64,000 bases of DNA from positions 11,711,052 through 11,775,051 of the forward strand of contig NC_083409.1 in the NCBI RefSeq assembly GCF_020745735.1, given 5' to 3'. Origin of the DNA: Hemiscyllium ocellatum (taxonomy: Eukaryota). The stretch's first letter is position 1; every line of letters begins with the position of its first letter. Positions 49,079 through 61,478 of this stretch are shown here, one piece after another. A program made the translations under genes and the position numbers. The notes under the pieces were generated by a model. That model saw nothing but the letters and a program-made list of their open reading frames with translations. It did not search any database and was not told where the DNA came from.

Positions 49079-51369
49079 TAAAACAGCTTCCAAAGATTCA
49101 AAAATGTGAATCCTTCTCCCATACACCAGCTCCTTAGCCATGCATTCATCTGCTCTATCCTACTATTCCTGCCCTCACTAGCTCATAGCACTGGGGGTAA
49201 TTTAGATATTACTACTCTCGAGGATCTCCTTTTTAACTTCCTGCCTAACTCTCTGCAATCTACCTTCAGAATCTCAACCTTTTCCCTTCCTATGTCGTTG
49301 GTTCCAAAGTGTACAATGACCTCCTGCTGGTCCCTCTCCACCTTAAGAACATTTTGCACCCTCCCTGAGACATCCTTGATCCTGGCACCAGGGAAGCAAC
49401 ACAACATTCTGGCTTTTCACTGCTGGCCACAGAAACATCTGTCTGTACCTCGGGCTAGAGAGTCCCCTAATACAGTCGATCATTTGGAACCCGACATACG
49501 TCCCATTACATTAGAGCCAGTGTCAATACCAGGAACTTGGCTGCTCATGCTAAGTACCCCTGAGTTTCCATGACTCCCTACATTTTCCAAAGCAGCATAC
49601 TTGTTTGAAATGGGAATAGCCACAGAAGACACCTGCACCTCTCTGGCCTTTCCTGAAGTTATGGTAAGAGCCCATGGGATCCAAGGCATTTTGGCAAATT
49701 GGATCCAAATATGAGGCAAAGAGTAATGGTGGAGGGTTGTCTTTGTGATTGGAAGCCTGTGACCAGTGGTGTAAGACAGGGATTGGGGCTGGGACCCTTG
49801 CTGTTTGTAATGTACATTAACAAATTGACTGTGATTGTATAATTCAAAAGTTTTCAGAGGCCACATAAATTGGTGGTGTTATTGATATTGATTTGATTTT
49901 TATTTTAGTGTATTGTCACGTGTACTCGAGTGCAAAAGTATTGGAGTACAGTGAAAAGTATGTAACGTCACCTCACAAGGTGCCATCTTAGGTACAAGGA
50001 CCTCAGTAAAGAATCGTAAGAACAAGGTAGAAAGAAAGAATAAAGTTCAAAGTTACACGTTGCAGATCTTTTTAGTTTTAAGTAGAAAATGAAGAAATAA
50101 AGCTGAAAGTTCAAGCATTAAAGCCTTTCTTTAGAACTTAGCAACCATGGGATCATACTTTAAGTAATCATCTCGAGACCAGAAGTCCGGGCTGAGGCCT
50201 TCCCTGGTGGAGAGACCACCATTACAGAAAGGACCACTATGTGGGCTGAGAGACACCCACTCTGGGCCACTCAGAGATCGCCACACTAGGCCGAGTGACC
50301 ATCACGCTGGGCTGACAGTCTAGCATGCTGGGCTGACAGGCCACCATATTGAACTGAGAGGCCATCATGTTGGACCAAGAGTCTGTCTCGTTGGGCTGGA
50401 AGATCTCCCTGCCAGGCCAGGACACTGCCACACCAAGCCAGGAGGCCACATCATTAGGTCTGCACTAGGTCAGAGGCCTGGTGACTGAGGCTGGGAGTCC
50501 GTGCCCAGGAGAAGAAATAAGGGAGAAGGACAAAAGAAAAACACAAAAGAAAAGGAAAAGAGAAGTGGAATAGAAAGAAGAAAAGGAAACAGACGAAGCA
50601 GATGAACTCGGGCTGAAGCATCCTACTCTGCTGCCATCTTGGATGACTGGGTCTCAGGCTAGAGTCTGATATTGGTCAGCTGGTAACTTGGGCAGAGCAA
50701 TGGCAGATGTAATTTAATCCTGATACCTCTGAGGTGATCTAACTTGGGAGGTCTAATAAGGGTAGGATATTCACAATGAAAGGCATGTGCCTTGAGTGTC
50801 CTCATGCATGAATCACAGAGGGTTGGTCTACAGGTACAATAAATAATTAGGAAGGCAAATGGAATTTTGTCCTTCATTGCTAAAGGGATTGAGTTTAAAA
50901 AGCGGGAATGTTATGTTGCAGCTGTACAGGGTGTTGGTGAGGCCACACCTGGAGTACTGCGTGCAGTAATAGTCTCCTTACTTGAAAAAGGCAATATTGG
51001 CACTAGAGAGGTGCAGAGTTCACTAGGCTGATTCCGGGGTGGAGGGGGTTGGCTTATGAAGGGAGACTGCATCGACTGGGATATATTCATGGGAACTTAG
51101 AAGAATGAGGGGAACCTTATAGAAACAAATAAAATTATAAAGATAATAGATAAGACAGAAGTAGAGAGGATGTTCCCACTGGCAGGTGAAACTAAAACAG
51201 GAGGGTTTAGCCTCAGAATTAGGGGGAGCAAATTTCGGACTGAATTGAGAAGGAACATCTTCATCCAGAGGGTCATAAATCTATGAAATTCTTTGCTCAA
51301 TGAAGAAAGTGATGCTACTTCATTAAATGTTTTAAAACTAAGATAGATTTTTTTCACAACAAAGGAATT

Positions 51370-52990
51370 AAGAGATACAGTGAGAGCAAATGCCAGGTCT
51401 TGCACATTAGAAAAAATAATACAGGCATGGTCTAGGTTCTAAACGGTGAGAAAATTCCTAAAACCAAAGTACAATGGGATCTAGGAATGCTAGTCCCGGA
51501 TTCTCTAAAGGTTCACTTGCAGGTTGAGTCTGTGGTTAAGGAAGCAAATGTAATATTGTAATTTATCTCAAGAGGATTGGAATGTAAAATGAGATGTGCT
51601 GCTGAGACTTTATAAAGCTCTGGTTAAGCCCAATTTAAAACACTGTGTCCAGTTTTTGGCCCCATACCTCAGAAAGAACATACTGGCACTGGACCGTGTC
51701 CAGTGGAGATTCACATGGATGAGCCCTGGAATGGTAAGCCTAATATATGATGAATGACCAAGGATCCTGGGATTGTATTCATTTGAGTTTAGAAGGTTAA
51801 GGGGAGATCTGATAGAAACTTACAAGATATGCATGGCTTAGAAAGGTTGGATGCTGGGAAATTGTTTCCGTTAAGTAGGGATACTAGCATCTGTGGGCAC
51901 ATCCTTAGAGTTAGAGGGGGTCAGTTTAAAATGGAACTGAGGAGACATTTCTTCAGCTAGAGAGTTATGGGCCTGTGAAATTCATTGCCACAGAGCGCAG
52001 TGGTGGCCAAGATATTAAATGTCTTCAAGGCAGAGATTGATAAATTCTTAATCTTGCAATGAATTAAGGGCTACAGGGAGAGTGCGAGTAACTGTCGTTA
52101 AATGCCCATCACCCATGATTGAATGGCGGAGTGGACTCGATGGGTCAAATGGCCTTACTTCCACTCCTATGTCTTATGGTCTTATGTGGAACTGAGTCAT
52201 GAAAAGATCAACCATGATCTTATTGAATGGCAGAGCAGGGTTGAAGGGCCAGATGGCGTCCTCTTGCTCCTAGTTCTTATGTTCTTATGTTCGTTGGGAG
52301 TACTGAGGAATGAAGGGACCTTGGTATACAAGTCCATCAATCCCAGAAGGCATCAACTCGACAGGGTGGTGAAGAAAGCATATGGGATGCTTGTCATCAT
52401 TAGCCAGGGTGTAGAATATAGAAAGGAAGAATTCTTGTTGTTACCTGACAGAGCATTGGTTAGGTCATGTCTGGAATACTGTGCACATTTCTGGTCATGA
52501 CACTGTTGGAAGAACATGATTGGACTGGAGAGGATGCAGAGGAGATTAACCAGAATGTTCCCTGGGATGGAAAGTGTTAGTTCTGAGGAGAGACTGGATA
52601 GACTGGGTTTGTTTTCTCTGGGGGGAATCTGATTGAGGTATACAAAAATATGAAAGGCATAGTCAAAGTCAATTGTGAGAATCTTTTCCCCATGTCAGAC
52701 ATGTCTATGACCAGAGGGAATAAGCTTACCGTGTGAAAATGTGGTTTAGACGGGTTGAGGACTTGTTTTCCCCAGAGGGTGGTAGAAATATGGAAGGTGC
52801 TGCTTGAGAAGGTGGTGGAGGCAGCTCCTCTCACAACATTTAAGAAACATCCAGATGAGCACATAAAATGCCAGGGCATGGAAGGCTATGGACCAACTGC
52901 AGGTAAATGGAGTTTGGTGATTACTGATTGGCATCAACATGTCGACAAACAGAAGGGCCTGTTTGTTTGCTGTATGACTCTATGACTATG
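51370..52990 (+). mobile_element. Two tandem old CR1 3' fragments
   Basis: Repeated LEYC.HFW and FPQRVVEIW motifs, each with a CR1 tail. Confidence 0.8.
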
Positions 52991-55900
52991 AAGAGAAGGA
53001 TGTGGAAGCATTTTTCATGTTGTTTCAGAAGATAGCAACACAAGTGAGGTGGGAAAAACAGGTTGGACCTTGCCCATGCAAAATGAACTTGAGAAGCACA
53101 AGAGGTTTCTACATCCCTGTCAGAGGAATGTTCTCGGGATCATGAGGAAGTGAAATCGGCTATTCTAAGCACATATGAGTTGGCCCCAGAAACATACAGA
53201 CAGATGTTTCAGAACTTACACAAACAGCCTGGACAAACCTCTACTGAGTTTAAGAGAGTTTAACAAAATAATATTGACAGGTGGATAAGAGCATTAACAG
53301 CTGAGAATACTTACAATGCTCTCAGAGAAGTTATATTTTGAGAAGAATTTAAAGCTTCCTTCCCTTCTAGAGTTAGAAATTAATGTCGAAGACCAAAGGG
53401 GAACGACAGCAAGACAAGCAGCTATAATGGCTGATGATTGTAGACTTTGTTAAAACCAAAACCCTGCAGATGCTGGAATCCAAAGTAGACAAACAGGAGG
53501 CTGGAAGAGCACAACAAGCCAAGCAGCATCAGGAGGTGGAGAAGTCACCTGATGGGAGACTGATCCAGAAACCTTTTTCCCATCAGGCCCAGAAATGGGA
53601 GAAAAATAAAAATTGGGAGAGTGTGAGGATGGAAGGTAGCCAGGGGAGAGAAGGGTCAGGAGGGAACAGCCCAAGAACTCCTCCTCAGATTAAGGAGGAA
53701 ATTGCTGAGGGTGGAAGTGATGATCAGAAGCTGAAATGTTTCTCTTGGAATAAGGTGGGCCATGTATGTTTGGAATGTTGGAAGTTGTGAGGTAAACCCA
53801 TGGGATTTATGGGAGTTAGTAAAATGAGTCAGAGAAGGGAACACAGACAGATAATCCCACAGAGCAGGTTGTAGCTGTAACTATAGCAAAAAGGCCGGAG
53901 GTGAATTATGTCATGAGTAAAGGAAGTTGTCAGGTAGATGAGAGGTGGACAGGACTTTTATCAAAAGGAATGGTGACTCCTTTTTCTTCAGCTAAACCCA
54001 GAACCAAACTGAGAGATACAGGAGCAACACAGTCACTTTTACTGGAGAAAAAATTGATTTTCCCTCCAGAGAGCTCAATGGGAGCTAATGTATTAATCAA
54101 TGGGATTGGTGGAGAATATGTTCCACTTCCATTGTATACAGTACAACTGGAATGTGATTTGTTATCAGGAGAAGAAATTGTCGGAATGTGAAAACATTCC
54201 CTGTTGAAGGAGTCGATTTCCTTCTGGGGAATGGTTTGTCAGAACTAAAGGCAGTAGCTTCCCCGATAATTACAGAATGTCCAAAGGAGGGCCAAGAAAC
54301 AGAACAATGACAGGAACAGGTTCCTGGTCTCTCTCCTTCGTGTGAGGTAACCAGGGCAATGGTTAAACAAAATCCATCAATAAGGGTTGATGTGACAAGA
54401 CAGCAAGTGAAAGGATCGCTGAAACGTTCCAAAAGGGTGAAGATAATCCAGGTGGAGTGGTTGGTATGATGTCACTAATTCCAGCAGATCCAAAAAGCAG
54501 ATCCTGAATGAAATAAATGAGCACAGTCAGCTCATAATGAGGTCAAGGCTGAAGGAGTTTCAGAGTGTTATTGTGTTCAGAATGGAGCGCTGATGAGGAA
54601 GTGGAGACCCCCTCAAAGACCCCCAGAAGAATGGTCGGTTAGACATTGGCTAGTGGTCCCACCCAGCTATCAGAGGGAGATAGTACAAGGGGCACATGAG
54701 ACTTTTATGGCAGGTCACATGGGGATTTGGAAAACACAGGCATTCAGAAACAGGTATTTTACTGAGCTACAATTGGATAAAGATGTGGTGCAGTTTTATA
54801 AAACGTGTCTTACTTGTCAAGTTATAGGTAAACATCAATACAAAACCAGCATCCTTAATTCCTTTCCCAGTTTTTGAGGAACCATCCCGTCATGTACAGG
54901 TTTGTCAAGTAGTGAGTATAATAGAGGAGGGGATCAGAAAAAGCTTGAGATCAAAAAAGACCTGGACACTTCCCAAAGTAAACTTCCTGTTATTAGATGA
55001 ACAAATTCAGAGATATTTGAGACTTCAGACACAATTTTTGTATCTGGAGAAAGATCAACAGGTAGATTTAGTGAGGCTGCTCAGACAATACAAAGATGTT
55101 TGTATGAGGAGTCGTTGAGGACTTTGGTTCTGTCCTTGATGGAGCTTAGAAAGATGAGAGGGAATGTAATTGAAACTTACAGAATACAGGGTGGCCTGGA
55201 TAGAGTGGACATGGAGGAGATGTTTCTAATAATAGGAGAGTTGGAGACCCGAGGGAACAGCCTCAGAGTGAAGAGATGATCTTTCGAACTGAGTTGAGAA
55301 GGACTTTCTTCAGCCAGAGTGTCATTAATCTGTGGAACTGCAGAGGGCCTTGGAGACCAATTCGTTGAGTGTATTTAAGACAGAGATAGATTGGCTCTTG
55401 ATTGGTCAAGGGATCAAGATTTACAGGGAAAAGGGAAGAGATTGGGGCTGAGAAACATTATCAACTGTAAATGACCAGACATGATGGGCCAAATGGCCCA
55501 ATTCTGCTCCTTTATCTTGTGGACTTGTATTGATACACTTAGATCTATCACATGAATCAAATATAACATGAATTTGGTAATTCAGACAAAATAAAACAAA
55601 AACCAACCGAAACCGGCAATGGAACAGAGGGCTTCCATGTTGGAGAATCAGCTGATTGAACCATATCAGAGTAATTGGAGTTCTCCTGTAGTATTGGCTC
55701 CTGAACCAAACTGTTCAATTTAATTCTGTGTAGACTTGAGGAATCTGAGTCTCGTCATAAAACCAGATTCATTCCCTATTCCCAGCTGAGAAGGTTGTAT
55801 AAAGAGGGTTTGTAGCATATCATTCTTGTATAAAATTGATTTGTTAAAAGGATGTTGACAAGAACTCACTGATAACTAGAACTAAGCGAGTTTCTGTATT

Positions 55901-55995
55901 TATCACACCTAATGGATTATACCCAATGGCAGGTTTTGCTCTGTGGACTTAACAACTCTCCAGGCACATTTGAATGATTATTGTGAAAGTGAACA
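52990..55995 (+). mobile_element. Decayed Gmr1-like Ty3/Gypsy LTR retrotransposon internal region (gag-PR-IN-RT)
   Basis: Gag EKDVEAFF...YELAPETYRQMF, CCHC-like knuckle KCFSWNKVGHVCLEC, protease LRDTGATQSLL, integrase HHCC (AHETFMAGH...KTCLTCQ), then RT (SNWSSPVVL...FCVDLRNL...KIDLLKG). Interrupted by Penelope (about 53440-53590) and CR1 (about 55120-55520) pieces. Confidence 0.85.
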
Positions 55996-56382
55996 AGGTC
56001 ACACTCCCCCACATTACACTCCATCTGCCCAATATTTCTTCAAAGCCCAGCTGTATCTAATATTCAGCAGGATGGATCTTCACTGAGAAATAACCATTTG
56101 TAACTAGAATAATGATATCTCTGAGAATCATATTAATAATTGTTTTTATTGAAGCTTTCATAAGTTCTGTGTTGATTGACACAATGCTCTGGTTTGGGCT
56201 TTGCTGTCTGTACAAACCATCTGTCATGTCTTTGCTGCAATGGTTCACATTTCCATCATCAAACTCACACTCCAAATATCCCGTCATTATTCTCCATGGG
56301 ATTCACTGGCATTGGCTCAGATCGAACTCCCAGCAGCTGAAATGGAGGGAGGGATACGGCTTAGAGAGCAAGAGATGGAGCA

Positions 56383-56383
56383 C

Positions 56384-56420
<37 letters not shown>
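56383..56420 (+). repeat. (GA)n microsatellite
   Basis: Direct reading. Confidence 0.95.
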
Positions 56421-56425
<5 letters not shown>

Positions 56426-56579
56426 CAATGAAGCACTAAAAGAGAGGGGGATAGACCTTGGACAGAGAAAGAGGTTTGGAATTCAGAGTGAGATCTATGC
56501 AGCTGAGTTAGAGAGGGGTGGGGAGAGTGAGTGAGTGAGAGAGATGGAGTCAAGGAGTTCTATGTCAAAGATAAATTAT

Positions 56580-59500
56580 ACTCTGTTAAAGATTGGACTG
56601 GATGAATGCTGACTCTCTGACTCTATGAACACTACCTAGAAAGCTGCCTAACTTTGTGTCATTAGCAAACTAGAGTATCTGACTTTCTATGTCATTATCC
56701 AGTGCATTAATAAATAATATAAATAATTGAGATGTGCACACACATTCCTATTGAACACCACTGGTCACATCCTGCCAATTTCAGCAGTTACCCATTATCT
56801 CTGTTTTCTGTCACCTGTCACTCAACCAATTTCGGTATGGCAGTATTTTAGCCTCAATTCTGTGGATTTCTAACTGAGTTGAACAGTTTCTTACATGGGA
56901 TTTTATCAAATGCCCTCTGGAAGTGCCTATAAACAACATCCATTGACATTACTGTCTCCAGTAATTTTGTTTCCTCTTCAAAAATGTTCAATGAGATTTT
57001 TCACCATGACCAACTTGTCATGAATCCTTGCTGATTCTCCCTGATTAACTGATCATTTTCAAGGTCTTCAGTTACCCCCATCCTTGATTATAGACTACAA
57101 CAATTTCCACACCACAAACGTTGGCTTAATGACCTGTAATTCCCTGGCTTTTCTCTGACATCTTTGTTAAATGTGAAATGAAATTTGCAATTTTCCAGTT
57201 CAGAGGTACTCCTGAATCCAGGTAACTCTGAAAGATTATAGTCAGGGTGTCTGCAATGTGGTTTATTACTACTTTTTCACCCTCAGGTTCTGAGGATTTG
57301 TCACTCTTTAGTTCCATTATTTTCCTTATTACACATGTTCTATTGACATTAACTTTATTGAGGTGACACAGTGGTTAGCACTGCTGCCTCACAGCACCAG
57401 AGTCCCAGGTTCAATTCCAGCCTTGGGCAATTGCCTGTGTGGAGTTTGCACATTGTCTGCATGGGTTTCCTCCTACTATCCAAAGATGTGCAGGTCAGAT
57501 GAATTGGTCATACTAAATTGCCCATAGCGTTAGGTGCATTAGTCAGAGGGAAAATGGGTCTGGGTGGGTTACTCTTCGGAGGGTCGGTGTGGACTGGTTG
57601 GGCCAAAAGGCATGTTTGCACACTGCAGGGAATCTAATCAGTCCCTGACACAGATCCTCTGTTAATTCCTTTGGGACTTCAGGCAAGTCCTCTTCCTTTT
57701 CTACTGCAAATCTTGAGGTAAAGTATTTATTTAACATGGCTGTCATTTCCCCATTGTCACTGACAATATCCCTCACTTTCAGTCTTTAATGGCCAACATT
57801 GCTCCTGACCTCCCAGCTTCCCTTTTATGGAACTGTAACATTTCTCCTGATTGATTTTGTTACATGTTTCCTTTCAGAATCCCTTTTGGTAGCTCTTAGA
57901 AGCTGATATGTGGCCCTTTTGTATCCTTCCCATTCAGCGGAATCTGTCCTTATTTTTTGCTTTTCTATAAGCCTTTTTAAACATTTTATTCTTTCCCTTA
58001 TCTCTTTAATTGACCATTGTTGTTTGTTTGCTTTTCCCTCTCAGGTATAAAGTAGCTTTGTTTTGTGTTGAATGTTCCTTTAAATATTCCCCACTGTTCT
58101 TCAGTTGTTTTACCCATGAGCTGATTTTCCCAGTTTATTGTGGACAGTTTCTGTCGCATCTTGTTAAAGTCGGCCCTTACCTTAATCTCAAAATCGAGCA
58201 GCTGATTCATTCTTTTTACTTTCAAATGCGACACTGAACTAGATCATGTTATGATCACTATTTGATAAATGTTCATGCACAAATAGTTACGAACTAAATC
58301 TGGCTCATTATTCATTACTAATTCCAATATTGCTTGTCCCCTTGTTGTATCCAGGACCTATTGCTGTTGGAAACTATTCTGGACACACAGCAGCAATTCA
58401 CTACCTTTCTGACAGAGGGCTTGTCTGTCTCCCAATCTAAGTTAAAGTTAAACTTCCCCATTAATAATACACTGGCTTTGCTACACACTTGTCTAATTCC
58501 TCCATTTATATAACCCAGCACCTCAGAGCTGCTGTCAGGGGGGTCTGTATCCAACATCTACTACAGTTTTAGACCCTTTCCTGCTCCTCAGTCCCACTGA
58601 GTGTTTTCTCCTCATTATGACCTCCCTCACCATTGAAGCCATTTTTTCCCTCATCAATGAAGCTGCTCCACCTCTTCTGCCATTTCCCATATCCATCCTG
58701 TGAACCTTCTAACCCGATAGATATCGTTCCCAATCTGAATGATTCTGCAACTATGGCTCAGTAATTGATCCGATACCACAATCTTAAATTTGAATTTGTG
58801 CCTGCAGATTATTGTATTTATTCCTTACGCTCCGTGCATTCGTATGTAGGACTCGTATTTGGTCCATTCACTGGAATCTGTTCCTCAGCACTGATGCTGT
58901 ATTCACCTCTTTCTTATTTCTCTCCATCTGTTTAATCAATATCCTTCTGATAGCTTTCCTGATATTGTCCAAATAGGAGCTTTTGCCGATTTTTGCTGAT
59001 GTTGTTGGTCCCGACACATACAACAACAACTGGATACTCAACACCGCCCCCACCCCCCCCCACCCCCAACCCCACCCCCCCCCAAGTCTGTTATACTTAA
59101 AAGCCGGCTCAAGATGCCCTTACCTTGAAACCAGGCAGGAAACACACCATGTGGGGCTCTCAATCCTGCTCACAAAGGATGCTATCAGTTCCCCTCATTA
59201 TCAATACCTCTCTTTTCTTTGTGCTCCCCCAGTCTGAGTGGCCTCCTGGGCCATGGTGCAGTGGTTTCCTTCGTTCATTCTTAGGAAATGGTCATCCCTG
59301 GCCAAGCCAGCAATGACTGTCCGTAGGAGTCATCGAATTATAGAATCCATACAGCGTGAAACAGGCCATTCAGACCAATGAGTCCACACCAACATTCTGA
59401 AGAGCATCCCACCCAGACTTGTCTCCCTACCTTATCCCTGTAAATCTGCATCTCCCATGGCTAATGCACCTCACCTTCACATCCCTACATTTTCCCCAGT

Positions 59501-59970
59501 TTAGACATTATAATTTCTGCTCTATCTTTATCTTTTTATATAATGACTTTGAAACTTACAGAGTTATGGTCACTATCACCAAAATCCTCAAACGACATTT
59601 GCCCATTCTCCCGACAATCCTTTTCCTCATTGACACAGGGAGCAAGTCCCTCATTCCTGTTGGACAAGGAGCTGAGGCACCTGTAAGGCTAAATCCAGGC
59701 TGCATCGGCCTGTTCACTTTTGGTCACACCCTCCTGTCCCTGACCACTGGCCATAATTTGAAGTATTTAACCTACAAGGTGTGACTGTCTCCCCAAACAC
59801 AGTGTCCAGGTAACTCTCCCCCTCCCTGATGTGTCGCAGTGTTTGAAGCTCAGATTCCAGCTCATCAACTCTGAGCTGGAGTGCCTTGAGCAACCAACAC
59901 TTGCTGTAGATGTGGTCACTCTGAGCTACAATGGGCTCCACCAGCTTCCCCATCGTACAATTACTACACA
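56580..59970 (-). mobile_element. Decayed CR1 pieces (ORF1 N-terminus, EN, RT) with a nested SINE
   Basis: LQLRVDELESELQTLRHI (ORF1), LHTNARSVRN and MGKFNFNLDW (EN), PLNWKIAN (RT). Confidence 0.75.
57360..57640 (+). mobile_element. HE1-type SINE with an internal deletion
   Basis: ACACAGTGGTTAGCACTGCTGCCTCACAGC head; CTAAT tail. Confidence 0.85.
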
Positions 59971-60095
59971 TCGCCCGGCCCTGTATGTGGAAATTATTTG
60001 AGGAGATTTTAATTTATATTTTAAAATTTGCTGCTGGTCTTTAGTTTTTAATCTGTAAAATATTTCCGTCCAGGAGACAGAGAATGTGCCAGCAC

Positions 60096-61478
60096 AGGAG
60101 GAGGCTGTTCAGCCCCTCGTGTCAGTGCTAGCTGTTTACGAGCCTCAATCACAATGAACATCTCCATTGAATGTCTGTTGTCAGGAAGTGATTGAGTCTG
60201 TTTTTAGAGACAGAATAACGGACAAATATGAACTGGTCCGAGAGAATCAGCATGGATTGACAAAGGTTCAGACATCTTTAACTAACCGGGTTACACTTTG
60301 TTCGGCGCTCACTAGTGTGGGATATAAGGGAATGTCGATGGCTATTGTCTATAGGGAATTCCAAAAGATATTTAAGAATGTTCCACAAAAGAAACATTGA
60401 TTCAGATCTTACACTCCACAACCATCTGATGAAGGAGCAGTGCTCCAAACGCTGATGCTTCCCAACAAACCTGTTGCATTAGAACCTGGTGTTCTGTGAT
60501 TTTTAACATTTACACGACAGTCCAACACCGGCATCTCCAAATCATGGAATTGGATGGAATTTGAGAAATGCATTTACCTTGGGTAGGAATGAGTCTGTCT
60601 AGGAGACAGAGAGGAAGGATAATGTGCGTGTGTTCCAATGAGCCAGATGTGAGTAGTGGTATTCCCAGGGATCTGTGCTGGGACCACAGCTTTTCACGAT
60701 ATTTCTCAGTGACTTGGATGAAGAAACAGAGAGCCATATATCCAAGATTATTGATCACACTGAGTGAGGCAGCTTGGAGGAGGTCACAGAGATAGGGAGG
60801 GTGGAAGAACAGGGAGCAGATTGAGAACAAGGATGGGAATTTGAAAATCGAGGTGTTGCTGGACCAGGAGCTGATGTCAGTCAGCTAGGATTGTGTCGGT
60901 TATGGTGGGGAGGCATGGACAGGAGTATGGGGTGGACTTGGTGTGAGTTTGAACACAGACAGCAGAGTTTGGAATGAGTTGATGTTTACGGAAGTCAGTG
61001 GCTGTGATGTGGGCCTGGATAACATTGGAATGGTCTCAAAAACATGGTTGAGATTTTCAGTGGCTGATAATTGTGATGTGGAGGATTTGGGCCTCAAATC
61101 AGCCCCAAAGATGAGGCCAAAGTTGTAAAGAGTCTGGTAGAGCAGCAGACAGTGCTCAGGGAGAGGGATGGAGTTTGTACCGGGAGCTGAAGAGGATGGC
61201 TTTGATCTTCCCAATATGTTTCCCAGTGAGCCTGGCTCCTCAGTCCTGACTGCTCTTAGCTGCTGTGATTGTCACTGATTGGACACTTATTATTAGAGAT
61301 TCTGACCACAGCAGAAAGCCCCAGTGTAAAAAATAACTGCAAAGACTGTCAGAGCACAAGGTTGAAACTTCACCAAGAGAGGAAGTGAAAGAAGGAGCTC
61401 GGAGCAGTTGGGTGTTTGTTACTGAGACGGGAGAAAACTGAACCGTCTGCACTCCCTGGAATCTGACAGCACAGGAGG
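60096..61478 (+). repeat. Right arm of an old inverted duplication of the cluster 5' flank
   Basis: Reverse-complement matches: 60096-60390/44760-45042 and 60548-61478/37451-38350, including shared repeat-repeat junctions. Confidence 0.88.
61190..61478. promoter_or_regulatory. Candidate B-cell enhancer module, copy 2 (inverted)
   Basis: AAGAGAGGAAGTGAAA at 61375-61390, AGAAAGCCCC at 61313-61322 and ACCACA retained. Confidence 0.5.

Larger units (their letters stand above)
45043..49655 (-). mobile_element. Near-full-length CR1 carrying a nested SINE and a nested young CR1
   Basis: ORF1 esterase (CFPGARIKDV), EN (AITETWL, GDFNFP) and RT/tail in order; interrupted at about 47178-47505 and 48423-49078. 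Confidence 0.9.
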
